Shown: positions 9,216 through 18,411 of the stretch, in pieces
Layout: each line of letters opens with the position of its first letter
Position numbering within the stretch: position 1 is the first letter of the stretch
Source of the DNA: Ramlibacter sp.
GTDB lineage: Bacteria; Pseudomonadota; Gammaproteobacteria; Burkholderiales; Burkholderiaceae_C
NCBI GenBank assembly: GCA_028292195.1
Contig: JAQGMU010000609.1
Location: forward strand, 1-61,864
Length of the DNA stretch: 61,864 nucleotides
Reading direction: 5' to 3'
Translations under genes and position numbers: made by a program
The notes under the pieces: generated by a model
The model's input: the letters and a program-made list of their open reading frames with translations, nothing else
Database searches by the model: none
Told to the model about the DNA's origin: nothing

Positions 9216-9423
9216 GGCGCCTCCATCACGGGTTCGATGTGCTGTATGTCCATGGGCGCAATGGTCGTCGCGATGCCCGCGCGCCGCATCGGCACGAGGT
9301 CGCGCAAAGGACTGTTCCAAACGAACGACGTCCGGCGCGCGCAGCTGGCCAAGAATGAGGGCCGCCCCTTGCCGCACCACCTTGACAGCCGTGAACGTCG
9401 TTCCTTCCACGACAGGGATCTGG

Positions 9424-10107
9424 ATGGTCGTGAACATGGCCGTCGCGCTGCTGCTTGGCTGGGTGGTCGGTTACGAGCGCCATTTCAGCGGACGGGTCGC
9501 GGGCAGCCAGGTCTATTGCCTCGTGTGCGCCACGTCCTGCGCCGTCACCTTGCTGGCCGGATACCCGGGGCTCTGGTATTGGGGCACTGCCCACGATGCC
9601 GGCGGCGGCGATCCGACGCGGGTCGTCGGCGGGGTGCTGACCGGCATCGGCTTTCTCGGGGCAGGTGTCATCATCCAGCGCGGGTTCGACGTGCGGGGCC
9701 TGACGACAGCCGCGTCGATCTGGGGGTCGTCGGCCATCGGCATCCTGGTCGGCACCGGCTTCTACGTCCCGGCCGTCGGCCTGGCGGTCCTGATCGTGAC
9801 GAGCGCGGCGCTCGTGCCATTCATCGAACGCCGCTTGCCGGCGCATGCGCCGATCGCGGCGACGCTGCACTTCCGCGCCGGCTACCGGCCGCGGATCCAG
9901 GACATCGACCGCTTCCTGGCCGATCGCGGCCTCAGCATTCCGCACGACAGTCTGAGCATCACGCACGACGGCACGCGATTCGAAGTCCAGTGCCTCATCG
10001 TCGCGGACACGGCCATGCGCTCGGAGGCGATGAACCGCATCGCCGTGGAAATGGCGGAGATGGCGGAAGTGGAGCGCTTCACCGTCTCGCAGTCCAGTCG
10101 AGATTGA
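9424..10107 (+). CDS. MgtC/SapB-family membrane protein (start uncertain, 9355-9436)
   Basis: LLGWVVGYER, DPTRVVGGVLTGIGFLGAGVI, VRGLTTAASIW..SAIGILVG.G; C-terminal ACT-like domain. Confidence 0.9.
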   Translation: MVVNMAVALLLGWVVGYERHFSGRVAGSQVYCLVCATSCAVTLLAGYPGLWYWGTAHDAGGGDPTRVVGGVLTGIGFLGAGVIIQRGFDVRGLTTAASIWGSSAIGILVGTGFYVPAVGLAVLIVTSAALVPFIERRLPAHAPIAATLHFRAGYRPRIQDIDRFLADRGLSIPHDSLSITHDGTRFEVQCLIVADTAMRSEAMNRIAVEMAEMAEVERFTVSQSSRD

Positions 10108-10259
10108 GCCTCGTGAGGCGGCCATCCCCGGCACTCCCCTTCGCACCAATACGGATGTCATGGACAGCTGCGGGCCGTAGTCCTGCGGTAATGCGCGCGA
10201 CGGACATTCACGCAGACGGGCCGGTGGACCGGCGCCGTCTGACTCTGAAGGAGCTCGGC

Positions 10260-10724
10260 ATGAACTTCGACGGCTGGCAAATCGACGACCTGAGTGCCCA
10301 CGCCCTCCTGCATCGCAGGCCGGCCGTAGCCGACCTGGACAACGTGCAGATGATCCATACGTACATGGCAAACGGCGGCCTCGTGACGGGCGACGAAGTG
10401 GCCAGGCGCTTGCGCCCGTACCGGGAGCAGCCGGTTTCCGTGATCGCGCGGTGGATCGTCGCCCGGCAGGTTGTGTGCTTCACATGGCGGTCCGAAACCC
10501 TCGTTCCGCTGTTCCAGTTCGACCGGTCCGACATGTCGCTGCGTCCCGCCGTTTCGGAGGTGCTCTTCGAACTGGCCGGAACCCTCGACGACCTTGAATT
10601 GGCCCAATGGTTCGCCCGGCCGAACGGCTGGCTCGAGAACGCCGAACCCGTCGCGGTGATCGAGGCCGACCAGCCCGCGGTCGTGCAGGCAGCCCGCGCC
10701 GACAGATATGTCGCGAAAGGATGA
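10260..10724 (+). CDS. Hypothetical protein; C-terminus resembles the Xre/MbcA/ParS antitoxin C-terminal (DUF2384-like) domain
   Basis: SD GAAGGAG; motifs VPLFQFD and AQWFARPNGWLENAEP. Confidence 0.7.
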   Translation: MNFDGWQIDDLSAHALLHRRPAVADLDNVQMIHTYMANGGLVTGDEVARRLRPYREQPVSVIARWIVARQVVCFTWRSETLVPLFQFDRSDMSLRPAVSEVLFELAGTLDDLELAQWFARPNGWLENAEPVAVIEADQPAVVQAARADRYVAKG

Positions 10725-10730
10725 GGAAAA

Positions 10731-10943
10731 ATGATCGCCAATCCGTCGACAGGCCGCTTCGCTTTCGAGATGCCCGCGCAAGCCCAGCCCGATTCCATGC
10801 AAGCGAGCACGCAGAGCGGGCTTCGTTGCGGTGGCCAAGGGAAGACCGAAGGATGCGAGGTGCAGGTGTTCGCCGTCCTCATCAGGGGCCTTCATGAGGG
10901 ACTGCATAGCGAGTTTTCGCGTGTCGTCGACCCGGACCGGTGA
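10731..10943 (+). CDS. Small hypothetical protein (70 aa)
   Basis: SD GAGGA; starts 6 nt after the previous stop; no recognisable motif. Confidence 0.4.
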   Translation: MIANPSTGRFAFEMPAQAQPDSMQASTQSGLRCGGQGKTEGCEVQVFAVLIRGLHEGLHSEFSRVVDPDR

Positions 10944-10950
10944 GCGCGCC

Positions 10951-11442
10951 ATGTCTGCCCTGCTCGAATCCCTTCTCGACCTGCCTCGCGCAGCCGCCTG
11001 CGCCCTGCACGAGGCCGAGAGCGCGCACCACCCCTTCTGCAGCATGCCCGAGGCGGGCCCCCGCATCGTGGGCGCGCCGCGGGCCTGCGCCATCGAAGCC
11101 CTGATCTCGGAGCCGCGCGAGTACCGGTTTGAAGTGATCCGCGCCGGCGAGCGCGAGGAGATTCACCACCGTACTTGCGCGGGCGACGTGGAAGTGGAAC
11201 TCGCGCGCCTGGAGCTCGCCGCCGACGGCGCCACCTGCCGCGCGTGGCCGGTGATGGAAATCACCTTCGAAGAGGGCCGCGACGCCTACCCGCGGCCCTT
11301 GCACCGCTGCCACGGCGGCGAGGCCGAGAGTGGCTGGTGCGCAGCGGCACGGCAACAAAGGCGGCATGACGCGCAACAGCACCGCGCACCTGCGGCTGCG
11401 CGCGATGGAGGTTTCCAGCGAGCTTGCGCCGTGCGGCTGTGA
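10951..11442 (+). CDS. Hypothetical protein (doubtful, especially the 3' part)
   Basis: ATG 7 nt after the previous stop; ends before the hairpin at 11459; no motif recognised. Confidence 0.3.
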   Translation: MSALLESLLDLPRAAACALHEAESAHHPFCSMPEAGPRIVGAPRACAIEALISEPREYRFEVIRAGEREEIHHRTCAGDVEVELARLELAADGATCRAWPVMEITFEEGRDAYPRPLHRCHGGEAESGWCAAARQQRRHDAQQHRAPAAARDGGFQRACAVRL

Positions 11443-11458
11443 CATCCCGGGAATGCGA

Positions 11459-11485
11459 GCCGGTCCCGCGAGCGGCGGGACCGGC
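11459..11485. terminator. GC-rich hairpin between convergent genes
   Basis: GCCGGTCCCGC-GAGCG-GCGGGACCGGC, a perfect 11-bp stem 6 nt past the stop at 11492. Confidence 0.6.
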
Positions 11486-11491
11486 GGCCGC

Positions 11492-11851
11492 TTACTTCAT
11501 GAGCTGCGCGAACGGGTTCGACGGCCGGCGGCTCGCGACCACGCTGGCGAACGGGCGCTGCTGCAGCTCGTTCACGAGCTCTGCGTACTGGGGCGAGTCC
11601 CGCAGCGCGAGGTAGGTGGCGTAGGCCCTGCGGTACTGGTAGCTATTGGTGTCCACCGACTGCTCGCCGCGCGTGAGATCCCCCAGGCCGGCAAGGCGCC
11701 ATATCTGGAAATCGGCAAGCACCTCCGCCTGCGTCAGCTGCGATTGCACGGGTTCGACGTTGGGCACGTCGATGACGATGGGCGCCGCGCTGGCGGCGGC
11801 TCCGGCGAAGAGCGCAAGGGCGAGGGCGGAAAGGGTAAGAATGCGTTTCAT
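11492..11851 (-). CDS. Small secreted protein, DUF4148-like
   Basis: Sec signal MKRILTLSALALALFAGAAASA; SQLTQAEVLADFQIWRLAG; SD GGAG. Confidence 0.8.
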   Translation of the reverse strand: MKRILTLSALALALFAGAAASAAPIVIDVPNVEPVQSQLTQAEVLADFQIWRLAGLGDLTRGEQSVDTNSYQYRRAYATYLALRDSPQYAELVNELQQRPFASVVASRRPSNPFAQLMK

Positions 11852-12045
11852 CAGGATTTCTCCGGTGGGCCGTGGACCGCACGGCGCGGCCGGTGCCTGC
11901 AATGCGACCGAGGTTCCATTGAAGCAGCGCCGTGTGCCGCAGTCCATTGAACGGAGGTGCGGCGCGCATGCCCTCCAAAGGGAGGACCGACGTCGCCGCG
12001 ATGCCAGAGCCCGCGTGCTTCGGCCAAGCCGCAGTCGGTGGTGAT

Positions 12046-13014
12046 CTACTCGATGACGATCTTCGCCTCGCGCACGACACGAGCCCACTTGTCGACGTTG
12101 TCCACGATCTGCTTCGCGTACTCGTCGGGCAAGTTGGAGACAGCCTCCAGCGACATGCCGGCGAAGCGCTCTCGCAGGTCCGGTGCGGCGAGCGACTCGG
12201 CGACCGCCCGGTTCAGCCGGTCGACGATTTCCCGCGGCATCCTGGGCGGGCCGGCGAGTCCCAGCCAGCCCTTCGCCTCGAATCCCGGCAGCGTTTCGGC
12301 GACCACGGGAACGTTGGGAAACGCCTTCGTGCGGCTGGTGCCGGTGGTAGCCAGCAGCAGGATCTTGCCCTCCCGGATATGCGTGTCGGTCGGGCCGATG
12401 CCATCGATGGACACCTGGGTGTCGCCCGCCAGCAGCCCCATCGTCTGCGGGCCGCTGCCCTTGTACGGGATCGCGACCATCTTCATTCCGGCCGTGCTGT
12501 TCAACAATTCACCGACCAGGTGGGTAGGGGTTCCGGCGCCGTTGGTGGCGTAGCTGACCTTGCCCGGATTCGCCTTGGCATAGGCGATCAGTTCCGGCAG
12601 CGTGCGGAACGGCGCCGAGGGGTTGCCGAGGATGACGTACGGCGTTTCCGCAACCGTCGAAATGGGCGTGAGGTCGCGGCGCATGTCCACCGGCGTGCCT
12701 TGCTGGCGCAAGGCCAGCATCGCCATCGACGACGTGCCGACCAGCAGCGTGTACCCGTCCGGCGGCGCCTTCGCCACGTATTCGGCGGCCAGCAAGGTGC
12801 TGGCGCCCGGCTTGTTCTCGACGATCACCGGCACCCCGAGCCGCTCGCTCAGTTTCTGGCCGAGCACGCGCCCGACGATGTCGGACTGTCCTCCCGGTGC
12901 GAAGGGAACCACCAGGCGGATCGGCCGGTCCGGATACGCGGCCCAGGCACTCGGCAGCCCCGCCGCGGCCGCGGCGGCGCCCATTGCCTGCAGAAGTCTC
13001 CTGCGCGAGATCAT
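12046..13014 (-). CDS. Bug/TctC tripartite tricarboxylate transporter substrate-binding protein
   Basis: SRRRLL leader, YPDRPIRLVVPFAPGG..D, VENKPGA, PPDGYTLL, IPYKG, W..VVREAKI; SD AAGGAG. Confidence 0.95.
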   Translation of the reverse strand: MISRRRLLQAMGAAAAAAGLPSAWAAYPDRPIRLVVPFAPGGQSDIVGRVLGQKLSERLGVPVIVENKPGASTLLAAEYVAKAPPDGYTLLVGTSSMAMLALRQQGTPVDMRRDLTPISTVAETPYVILGNPSAPFRTLPELIAYAKANPGKVSYATNGAGTPTHLVGELLNSTAGMKMVAIPYKGSGPQTMGLLAGDTQVSIDGIGPTDTHIREGKILLLATTGTSRTKAFPNVPVVAETLPGFEAKGWLGLAGPPRMPREIVDRLNRAVAESLAAPDLRERFAGMSLEAVSNLPDEYAKQIVDNVDKWARVVREAKIVIE

Positions 13015-13101
13015 GCTCACTCCTTTATGGTCTGCGCCAGACTGCCGGCGCCCGCTCTGTGTAGCGCCGCCCAGGCGCCTTCGCAAGGAAGGAGCGGCAT
13101 T

Positions 13102-13114
13102 CATCAAGCATGTG
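13102..13114 (+). promoter_or_regulatory. Repeated operator-like motif, copy 1
   Basis: CATCAAGCATGTG in the divergent Bug/SDR gap. Confidence 0.7.
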
Positions 13115-13182
13115 ATCATTCCCGAGCCCGGTAGCGCGTCGCCTGCCACAGATAACAATTGCGCATGCGCAAGGAGACCAGG

Positions 13183-13917
13183 ATGAAGCTGCAAGGCCGA
13201 CGTATTCTCGTCACCGGTGGTGCCTCCGGCATCGGACGGGCCACCGCGGAAGCCTGCCTGCGCGAAGGCGCGCAGGTGGCGATCATCGACATCGATGCGG
13301 CCGCCATGGAGGGAATGGCCGTGCCGGGGCGTCGCTGGACCTTCCACGGCGACGTGCGTGACGAACAGGGCCTGGCCGCCGCAGTCGCCGCCGCGGCGGC
13401 TGCGATGCACGGCCTGGACGGACTGGTGCACTGCGCCGGCGTCGCCAACGGGACGCCGTTCGAAGAGACCGACTTCGACACCTGGAAAACGCAGATCGAG
13501 ACCAATCTCGGCGGTACCTTCCTGGCCTGCAAGGCCGCGATGCCCTTCCTGCGCCAGGCTGATGCCGCCACCATCGTGAACATCGCCTCGGCGCAAGCGC
13601 TGCTGCCCACCGGCAGCAGCAGCAGCTACACGGCGGCCAAGGGCGGCGTGGTGGCCTTCAGCAAGACGATCGCCATCGAACTGGCGCCGAAGATCCGTGT
13701 CAACGTGGTCTGCCCCGGGACCACCCGCACCCCGATGGTCGACGGCGTGCTGAAGACGCGTCCCGACGCCATCAGCCGCAACCTGGCCTCGGTGCCGATG
13801 GGGCGGATCGCCGAGGCCCCGGAGGTCGCCGACCTCATCGTGTACCTGACCAGCCGGGAATCGTCCTTCGTGACGGGCACGGCGATCGCCGTGGACGGAG
13901 GCCGCACCCGGCACTGA
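13183..13917 (+). CDS. Short-chain dehydrogenase/reductase (paralog A)
   Basis: TGGASGIG, NIASAQ, YTAAK, VNVVCPG, VDGG; SD AAGGAG. Confidence 0.95.
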   Translation: MKLQGRRILVTGGASGIGRATAEACLREGAQVAIIDIDAAAMEGMAVPGRRWTFHGDVRDEQGLAAAVAAAAAAMHGLDGLVHCAGVANGTPFEETDFDTWKTQIETNLGGTFLACKAAMPFLRQADAATIVNIASAQALLPTGSSSSYTAAKGGVVAFSKTIAIELAPKIRVNVVCPGTTRTPMVDGVLKTRPDAISRNLASVPMGRIAEAPEVADLIVYLTSRESSFVTGTAIAVDGGRTRH

Positions 13918-13976
13918 AGCGCGGCCCAGGCTCGGCTGAACTGCCCATATGGTGATGCGCCGGCCGGGTCAGAAAT

Positions 13977-13989
13977 CACATACCTGATG
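13977..13989 (-). promoter_or_regulatory. Repeated operator-like motif, copy 2
   Basis: Reverse complement CATCAGGTATGTG (11/13 match), upstream of Bug 14068. Confidence 0.62.
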
Positions 13990-14067
13990 ACATGCCGGAC
14001 CGAGTTGGTAGTGCGGAGTTGCAATCCTAGAATGGCCGCGCCCACCCGCTGAAATGAAGGAGACGAG

Positions 14068-15033
14068 ATGCGAGGTTTTGCGAACTGGCTCAGGGCCGGG
14101 TTCCTGTTGCTTTCCTGTGCCTTCGCCATCGCTGCCCATGCGGCCTATCCGGAACGGCCGGTCAAGCTGATCGTTCCTTTTGCGCCCGGGGGTGCCGGCG
14201 ATGCACTCGCCAGGCTGATCGCGACGCGCCTTGGCGAGCGCCTCGGCCAGCCCGTGCTGGTGGACAACAAGCCGGGCGCCGGCACCCTGATCGGCGCCGA
14301 GCTGACCGCTCGCTCGCCCCCGGACGGCTACACGCTCATGATGGTTACTTCGTCCGCCGAACTGCTGGCCCTGCGCAAAGGCAACACGGTGGATCTGCGG
14401 CGGGACTTCACGCTGATCTCGCCGGTCGCCGAGTCTTCCTACATCCTTGTCGCCAATCCGAATGCGCCCTTCCGAACCCTGGCTGAAATGGTGGCTTTCG
14501 CCAGGGCCAATCCGGGCAAGGTGACTTATGGGCACCAGGGCACCGGCACGTCGACCCACCTGGTGGGAGAGTTCTTCGCGGATGCCGCCGGCGTGAAGCT
14601 GATGCCGGTTCCATACAAGAGCGCAGCGCCGTCGCACACCGCGGTGATCGGAGGCGAGGTCATGCTGATCGTCGACGGCCTCGGGCCGACCACGCCGTAC
14701 GTCCGCGAAGGGCGGCTGGTCGCACTGGCCACCACAGGCGAGCGCCGCGTGCCCCAGTTGCGGGCGGTGCCGACCGTCGGCGAGACGGTGCAGGCGGTGT
14801 TCCCGAAAGCCTGGTACGGGATCGGGGCGCCAGCCAATACCCCGCCGGACATCGTGCGCCGGCTGCATGCCGAAATCCTTGCCGTGGTTGCGCTGCCCGA
14901 TGTGCGCGAGCGGATGGCCACGATGTCGATCGATCCCCTGACGGCCACGTCCGAAGAGTTCCGACGAATGATCGGAGCGGACATCGAACGCTGGAGCACG
15001 ATCGTGCGCAAGGCCAATATCGACATCGAGTGA
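14068..15033 (+). CDS. Bug/TctC substrate-binding protein
   Basis: AHA signal cleavage site, [34 protein letters not shown]; SD AAGGAG. Confidence 0.95.
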   Translation: MRGFANWLRAGFLLLSCAFAIAAHAAYPERPVKLIVPFAPGGAGDALARLIATRLGERLGQPVLVDNKPGAGTLIGAELTARSPPDGYTLMMVTSSAELLALRKGNTVDLRRDFTLISPVAESSYILVANPNAPFRTLAEMVAFARANPGKVTYGHQGTGTSTHLVGEFFADAAGVKLMPVPYKSAAPSHTAVIGGEVMLIVDGLGPTTPYVREGRLVALATTGERRVPQLRAVPTVGETVQAVFPKAWYGIGAPANTPPDIVRRLHAEILAVVALPDVRERMATMSIDPLTATSEEFRRMIGADIERWSTIVRKANIDIE

Positions 15034-15060
15034 GGCGCGTGCGCCGGGAAAGGGATCGTG

Positions 15061-15645
15061 ATGGACCCGACTGCAGACGAATATTCACTGGAGCGCATGC
15101 GGGACCGCATGCAGATCCAGGACCTGCTGTACCGCCTGGTGCGCGCGGTGGATCGCAGGGACTACGACGCCGTGCGCGACGCGTTCCACCCGGACGGCGT
15201 GGACGACCATGGCGCGTATTCGGGCGGGTTCGAGGGCTATATCGAGTTCTCGCGCAAGCGCAATGAGACCATCCCGAGCTCGATGCACCAGCTGAGCAAC
15301 ATCCTGGTGGAATTCGCGTCGCTGGATCTTGCGCTGGTCGAGACCTATGTCTGGAGCGTGCAGCAGTATCCGGCGGCGGCGCGGGCAGCGCTTTCGCAGT
15401 TCGTCGGCAACAACGCGCCCGAGGCGGCGCATGGGGTCGATTCGCTGGGCTGCGCCCGCTACGTCGACCGGATAGAGCGGCGCGAGGGACGCTGGAGGAT
15501 CAGGCACCGGACCGTGCTGATGGACTGGAAGGCCATGCTTCCCCTGCAGGCGCCGCCCGCTGCCTTCCCGATGTTCAAGCCGAGTTCGCGCAACCAGGAA
15601 GACTGGCTCTATCGCGAGCGGCGCGCCCTCGGCATCGGGACCTGA
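15061..15645 (+). CDS. NTF2/SnoaL_4-like protein
   Basis: DRMQIQDLLYRLVRAVDRRDYDAVRDAFHPDG.DDHG, HQLSNILVE, RYVDRIERREGRWRI..R. Confidence 0.88.
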   Translation: MDPTADEYSLERMRDRMQIQDLLYRLVRAVDRRDYDAVRDAFHPDGVDDHGAYSGGFEGYIEFSRKRNETIPSSMHQLSNILVEFASLDLALVETYVWSVQQYPAAARAALSQFVGNNAPEAAHGVDSLGCARYVDRIERREGRWRIRHRTVLMDWKAMLPLQAPPAAFPMFKPSSRNQEDWLYRERRALGIGT

Positions 15646-15655
15646 TCGGCCCGGC

Positions 15656-16132
15656 ATGTCTTCGGCACTCCTGCAACGGCTGGCCGACGAGTCGGACATC
15701 CGCGATGTCGTCTACCGCTACGCGCACGGCATCGACCGCCGGCGCTGGGACGAGTTGCGCAGCTGCTTTGGGACAAGCCTGGTGGCCGACTTCACCCGGG
15801 CCGGCCGCAAGGAAGTTTTCGACGGCACGGCGGACGACTGGGTTGCCGGCTTGCGGCGGCTGGTCGAAGGCATGGATGGTACCCACCATGTCATCGCCAA
15901 CGTGCGGATGCGGGTCGACGGCGACCGTGCGGAGGCCAGCAGTTCCTTTCATGCCTTGCACAGGTTGCTCAATGACACCGGCGGCTCCGACTACACCGTG
16001 ACCGGTTTCTATGACTACGTGCTCGAGCGCCACGAGAGCGCCTGGCGCGTGGTGCGGTACGCGGCCACCATGAACATCCGCCAGGGCAATCCGCATATCT
16101 TCAAGCTGGCGGCCATCAAGGAGCAAACATGA
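15656..16132 (+). CDS. NTF2/SnoaL_4-like protein (scytalone dehydratase/LinA/BaiE-like fold)
   Basis: DESDIRDVVYRYAHGIDRRRWDEL, THHVIAN, GFYDYVLER...WRV. Confidence 0.88.
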   Translation: MSSALLQRLADESDIRDVVYRYAHGIDRRRWDELRSCFGTSLVADFTRAGRKEVFDGTADDWVAGLRRLVEGMDGTHHVIANVRMRVDGDRAEASSSFHALHRLLNDTGGSDYTVTGFYDYVLERHESAWRVVRYAATMNIRQGNPHIFKLAAIKEQT

Positions 16133-16863
16133 AACTTGCCGATCGACACCTGGTCGTCACCGGCGGTGCCTCCGGCATCGGCCGCACCACCGTCGAAGCC
16201 TTCCTGCGTGAGGGCGCGCGGGTCGCCATCCTCGACATCGACGACCAGGGCATGCAGGACCTGCACGCGCCCGGACGCTGCTGGCCGATCGCCTGCGACG
16301 TGCGCGATGAAGGCAGCGTGCAGCGGGGCGTGCAGGCCGCCGCGGAAGCCATGGGCGGCATCGACGGCGTCGTGAATTGCGCAGGGGTGGCCAACGGCCT
16401 GCCTTTCGAGCAAACGGACTGGGCCGCCTGGAAGGCGCAGATCGACACCAACCTCGGCGGTACCTTCCTGGTGTGCAAGGCGGTGCTGCCGTGGTTGCGC
16501 AAGGTGCCCGCCGCCACCATCGTCAACATGGCGTCCGCCCAGGCGCTGCTGCCCACCGGCAGCAGCGCCAGCTATACCGCCTCGAAGGGCGGCGTGGTGG
16601 GCTTTAGCAAGACGATAGCGATCGAGCTCGCGCCGAAGATCCGGGTCAACACGGTTTGTCCGGGCACGACCCGGACCCCGATGGTCGACAAGGTGCGGCA
16701 GGAAAACCCGGCTGCTGTCGACCGGATGGTTGCCGCGGTGCCGATGGGCCGGCTCGCCGAAACCGGGGAGATCGTGAACCTGATCGTGTTCCTGACCAGC
16801 ACGGAATCCTCCTTCATGACGGGCACGGCCATTGCGGCCGACGGCGGCCGGACGCGGCACTAG
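16129..16863 (+). CDS. Short-chain dehydrogenase/reductase (paralog B)
   Basis: TGGASGIG, YTASK; collinear with 13183-13917; ATGA overlap with the upstream gene. Confidence 0.95.
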   Translation: MKLADRHLVVTGGASGIGRTTVEAFLREGARVAILDIDDQGMQDLHAPGRCWPIACDVRDEGSVQRGVQAAAEAMGGIDGVVNCAGVANGLPFEQTDWAAWKAQIDTNLGGTFLVCKAVLPWLRKVPAATIVNMASAQALLPTGSSASYTASKGGVVGFSKTIAIELAPKIRVNTVCPGTTRTPMVDKVRQENPAAVDRMVAAVPMGRLAETGEIVNLIVFLTSTESSFMTGTAIAADGGRTRH

Positions 16864-16917
16864 CGGGAGCCGGCCGCGGACGGGCAAGCGGCTCGCGCCC
16901 CCGCGGGTTTGCTCCCG
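16864..16917. repeat. Intergenic imperfect stem-loop (terminator or REP-like)
   Basis: CGGGAGC...CCGCGG / CCGCGG...GCTCCCG immediately after the SDR stop. Confidence 0.4.
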
Positions 16918-16926
16918 TCAAATCAG

Positions 16927-16939
16927 CACATTCTTGATG
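16927..16939 (-). promoter_or_regulatory. Repeated operator-like motif, copy 3
   Basis: Reverse complement CATCAAGAATGTG (12/13 match), upstream of the aminotransferase. Confidence 0.68.
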
Positions 16940-17030
16940 CGAGATCGAGGCACGCGCGGGTGTGCCGGCGGTAGCATCTTCCGAGCCGTCCGGCCCGGTC
17001 GGTCCGCAGTGTTTTCAACAGGAGCGAGGC

Positions 17031-18392
17031 ATGACAAACCCTGGGGTGGCGAGCGCCGCCGATTCGATCGAGAGCCGCTTTCGTGCGCGCACGAAGAAGT
17101 CCCGGGAGCTCGCCCAGCGCGCCAGCTCCGTGTTTCCGGATGGCGTCGGCCGCGCCGGCATGCCGAATGAGCTGTACCCGGTGTTCGTCGACCGGGCCAG
17201 CGGGCAATATCTCTACGACGTCGACGGCAACCGCTTGCTCGACATGTCCAACGGCCACAGCGCGCTTCCGTTGGGACACTCCCCGGCTCCCGTCGTCGCC
17301 GCGATCGCGAATCAGCTTGCGCGCGGCATCGGCTTCTTCCTGATGGAGGAGGGCGAGATCCGGCTGGCGGAGATGCTGCGGCAGCGAGTGCCGTCGATGG
17401 AGAAGATCCGTTTCACGGCATCAGGCACCGAGGCAACGATGTTCGCGGTGCGCGCCGCGCGCGCCTTCACTGGAAGGAAATTGTTCGCCCGCGCCGAGGG
17501 CAGCTATCACGGAATGCACGACATGATGTGCTCCGGGATGGGCATGAACGTGGGCACCCCCTGGATGGACAGCGGCGACAACCCGGTGAGCAACGGGGTC
17601 CTCCCCTCGGTGCGGGAAGGCGTGGTTTTCCTGCCGTTCAATGACATCGAGGCCAGCCGCAAGGTCATCGCCGCGCATGCCGCCGACCTGGCCGCGGTCA
17701 TCATCGAACCCATGCTCGGCGGCGGCGGCGGGATCCCGGCGGAGCGCGAATACCTGCTGGCACTGCGCGAGCTTTGCGACCGGCACAAGATCGTCCTGAT
17801 CCTGGACGAAATGGTCACGATCGGATTGGCGCGAGGCGGGGCGCAGGAGTATTTCGGCGTCCGCGCCGACTTGACGACCACGGGCAAGCTGGTGGGGGGC
17901 GGCATGCCGATGGGCGTCTTTGGCGGCCGTGCGGACATCATGTCGCTGATGAACCGCGATGCCAGCGGCGTGCTGCGCATGTTCCACACCGGCACCTGGA
18001 ACGGCCACCCGCTGGCCATGGCGGCGGGCATCGCGCAACTCGAGATGCTGACGCCGGAGAAGTTCGCCTACCTTGGCGAACTGGGCGAGACCATGCGCAA
18101 GAAGGTGCGCGCCCTGGCCACGGAAATGCGCGTTGCGGTGCAGGTGACCGGCGTGCAGCATTTCAGCGCCTTCCACTACACGCCACAGCCGGTGCGCAAC
18201 CGGCGCGACGCCCTGCGGGCGAATCCGAAGTTGTCGTCCCGCGTGTCCTTCTCCCTGCTCAGCCAGGGCTTCTACATGCTCGGGCAGCGCACCAATCTTT
18301 CCACCGCGATCACGCACCAGGACATCGACGAGTTCATTTCCGCCCTGGCGGTCGCCTTCGAAGAAGCAGGGGCTGCCGGCACCGCGGCGTGA
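17031..18392 (+). CDS. Class III PLP aminotransferase (GSAM-like / beta-transaminase-like)
   Basis: DVDGN, LGHS, RFTASGTEA, GSYHG, AVIIEP, LILDEMVT, PLP lysine in TTGKLVGGG, HTGTWNGHP. Confidence 0.93.
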   Translation: MTNPGVASAADSIESRFRARTKKSRELAQRASSVFPDGVGRAGMPNELYPVFVDRASGQYLYDVDGNRLLDMSNGHSALPLGHSPAPVVAAIANQLARGIGFFLMEEGEIRLAEMLRQRVPSMEKIRFTASGTEATMFAVRAARAFTGRKLFARAEGSYHGMHDMMCSGMGMNVGTPWMDSGDNPVSNGVLPSVREGVVFLPFNDIEASRKVIAAHAADLAAVIIEPMLGGGGGIPAEREYLLALRELCDRHKIVLILDEMVTIGLARGGAQEYFGVRADLTTTGKLVGGGMPMGVFGGRADIMSLMNRDASGVLRMFHTGTWNGHPLAMAAGIAQLEMLTPEKFAYLGELGETMRKKVRALATEMRVAVQVTGVQHFSAFHYTPQPVRNRRDALRANPKLSSRVSFSLLSQGFYMLGQRTNLSTAITHQDIDEFISALAVAFEEAGAAGTAA

Positions 18393-18411
18393 ACCCGGGG
18401 TGTGCGCCCGG

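Noticed and set aside
9289-9305. Possible sigma54 promoter (GGCACG...) upstream of the MgtC gene
   Set aside because: The GG-N10-GC spacing is not satisfied.
12046-13914. Apparent large fusion ORFs (also 3022-4902, 6677-8299, 26469-28430, 28510-30768, 53751-55745)
   Set aside because: The N-terminal extensions overlap other real genes in a different frame or strand; internal starts with SD sites or stop-start overlaps explain them.
17031-18392. Calling the aminotransferase hemL
   Set aside because: It lacks the GGVxSPVR motif and sits in a catabolic regulon.
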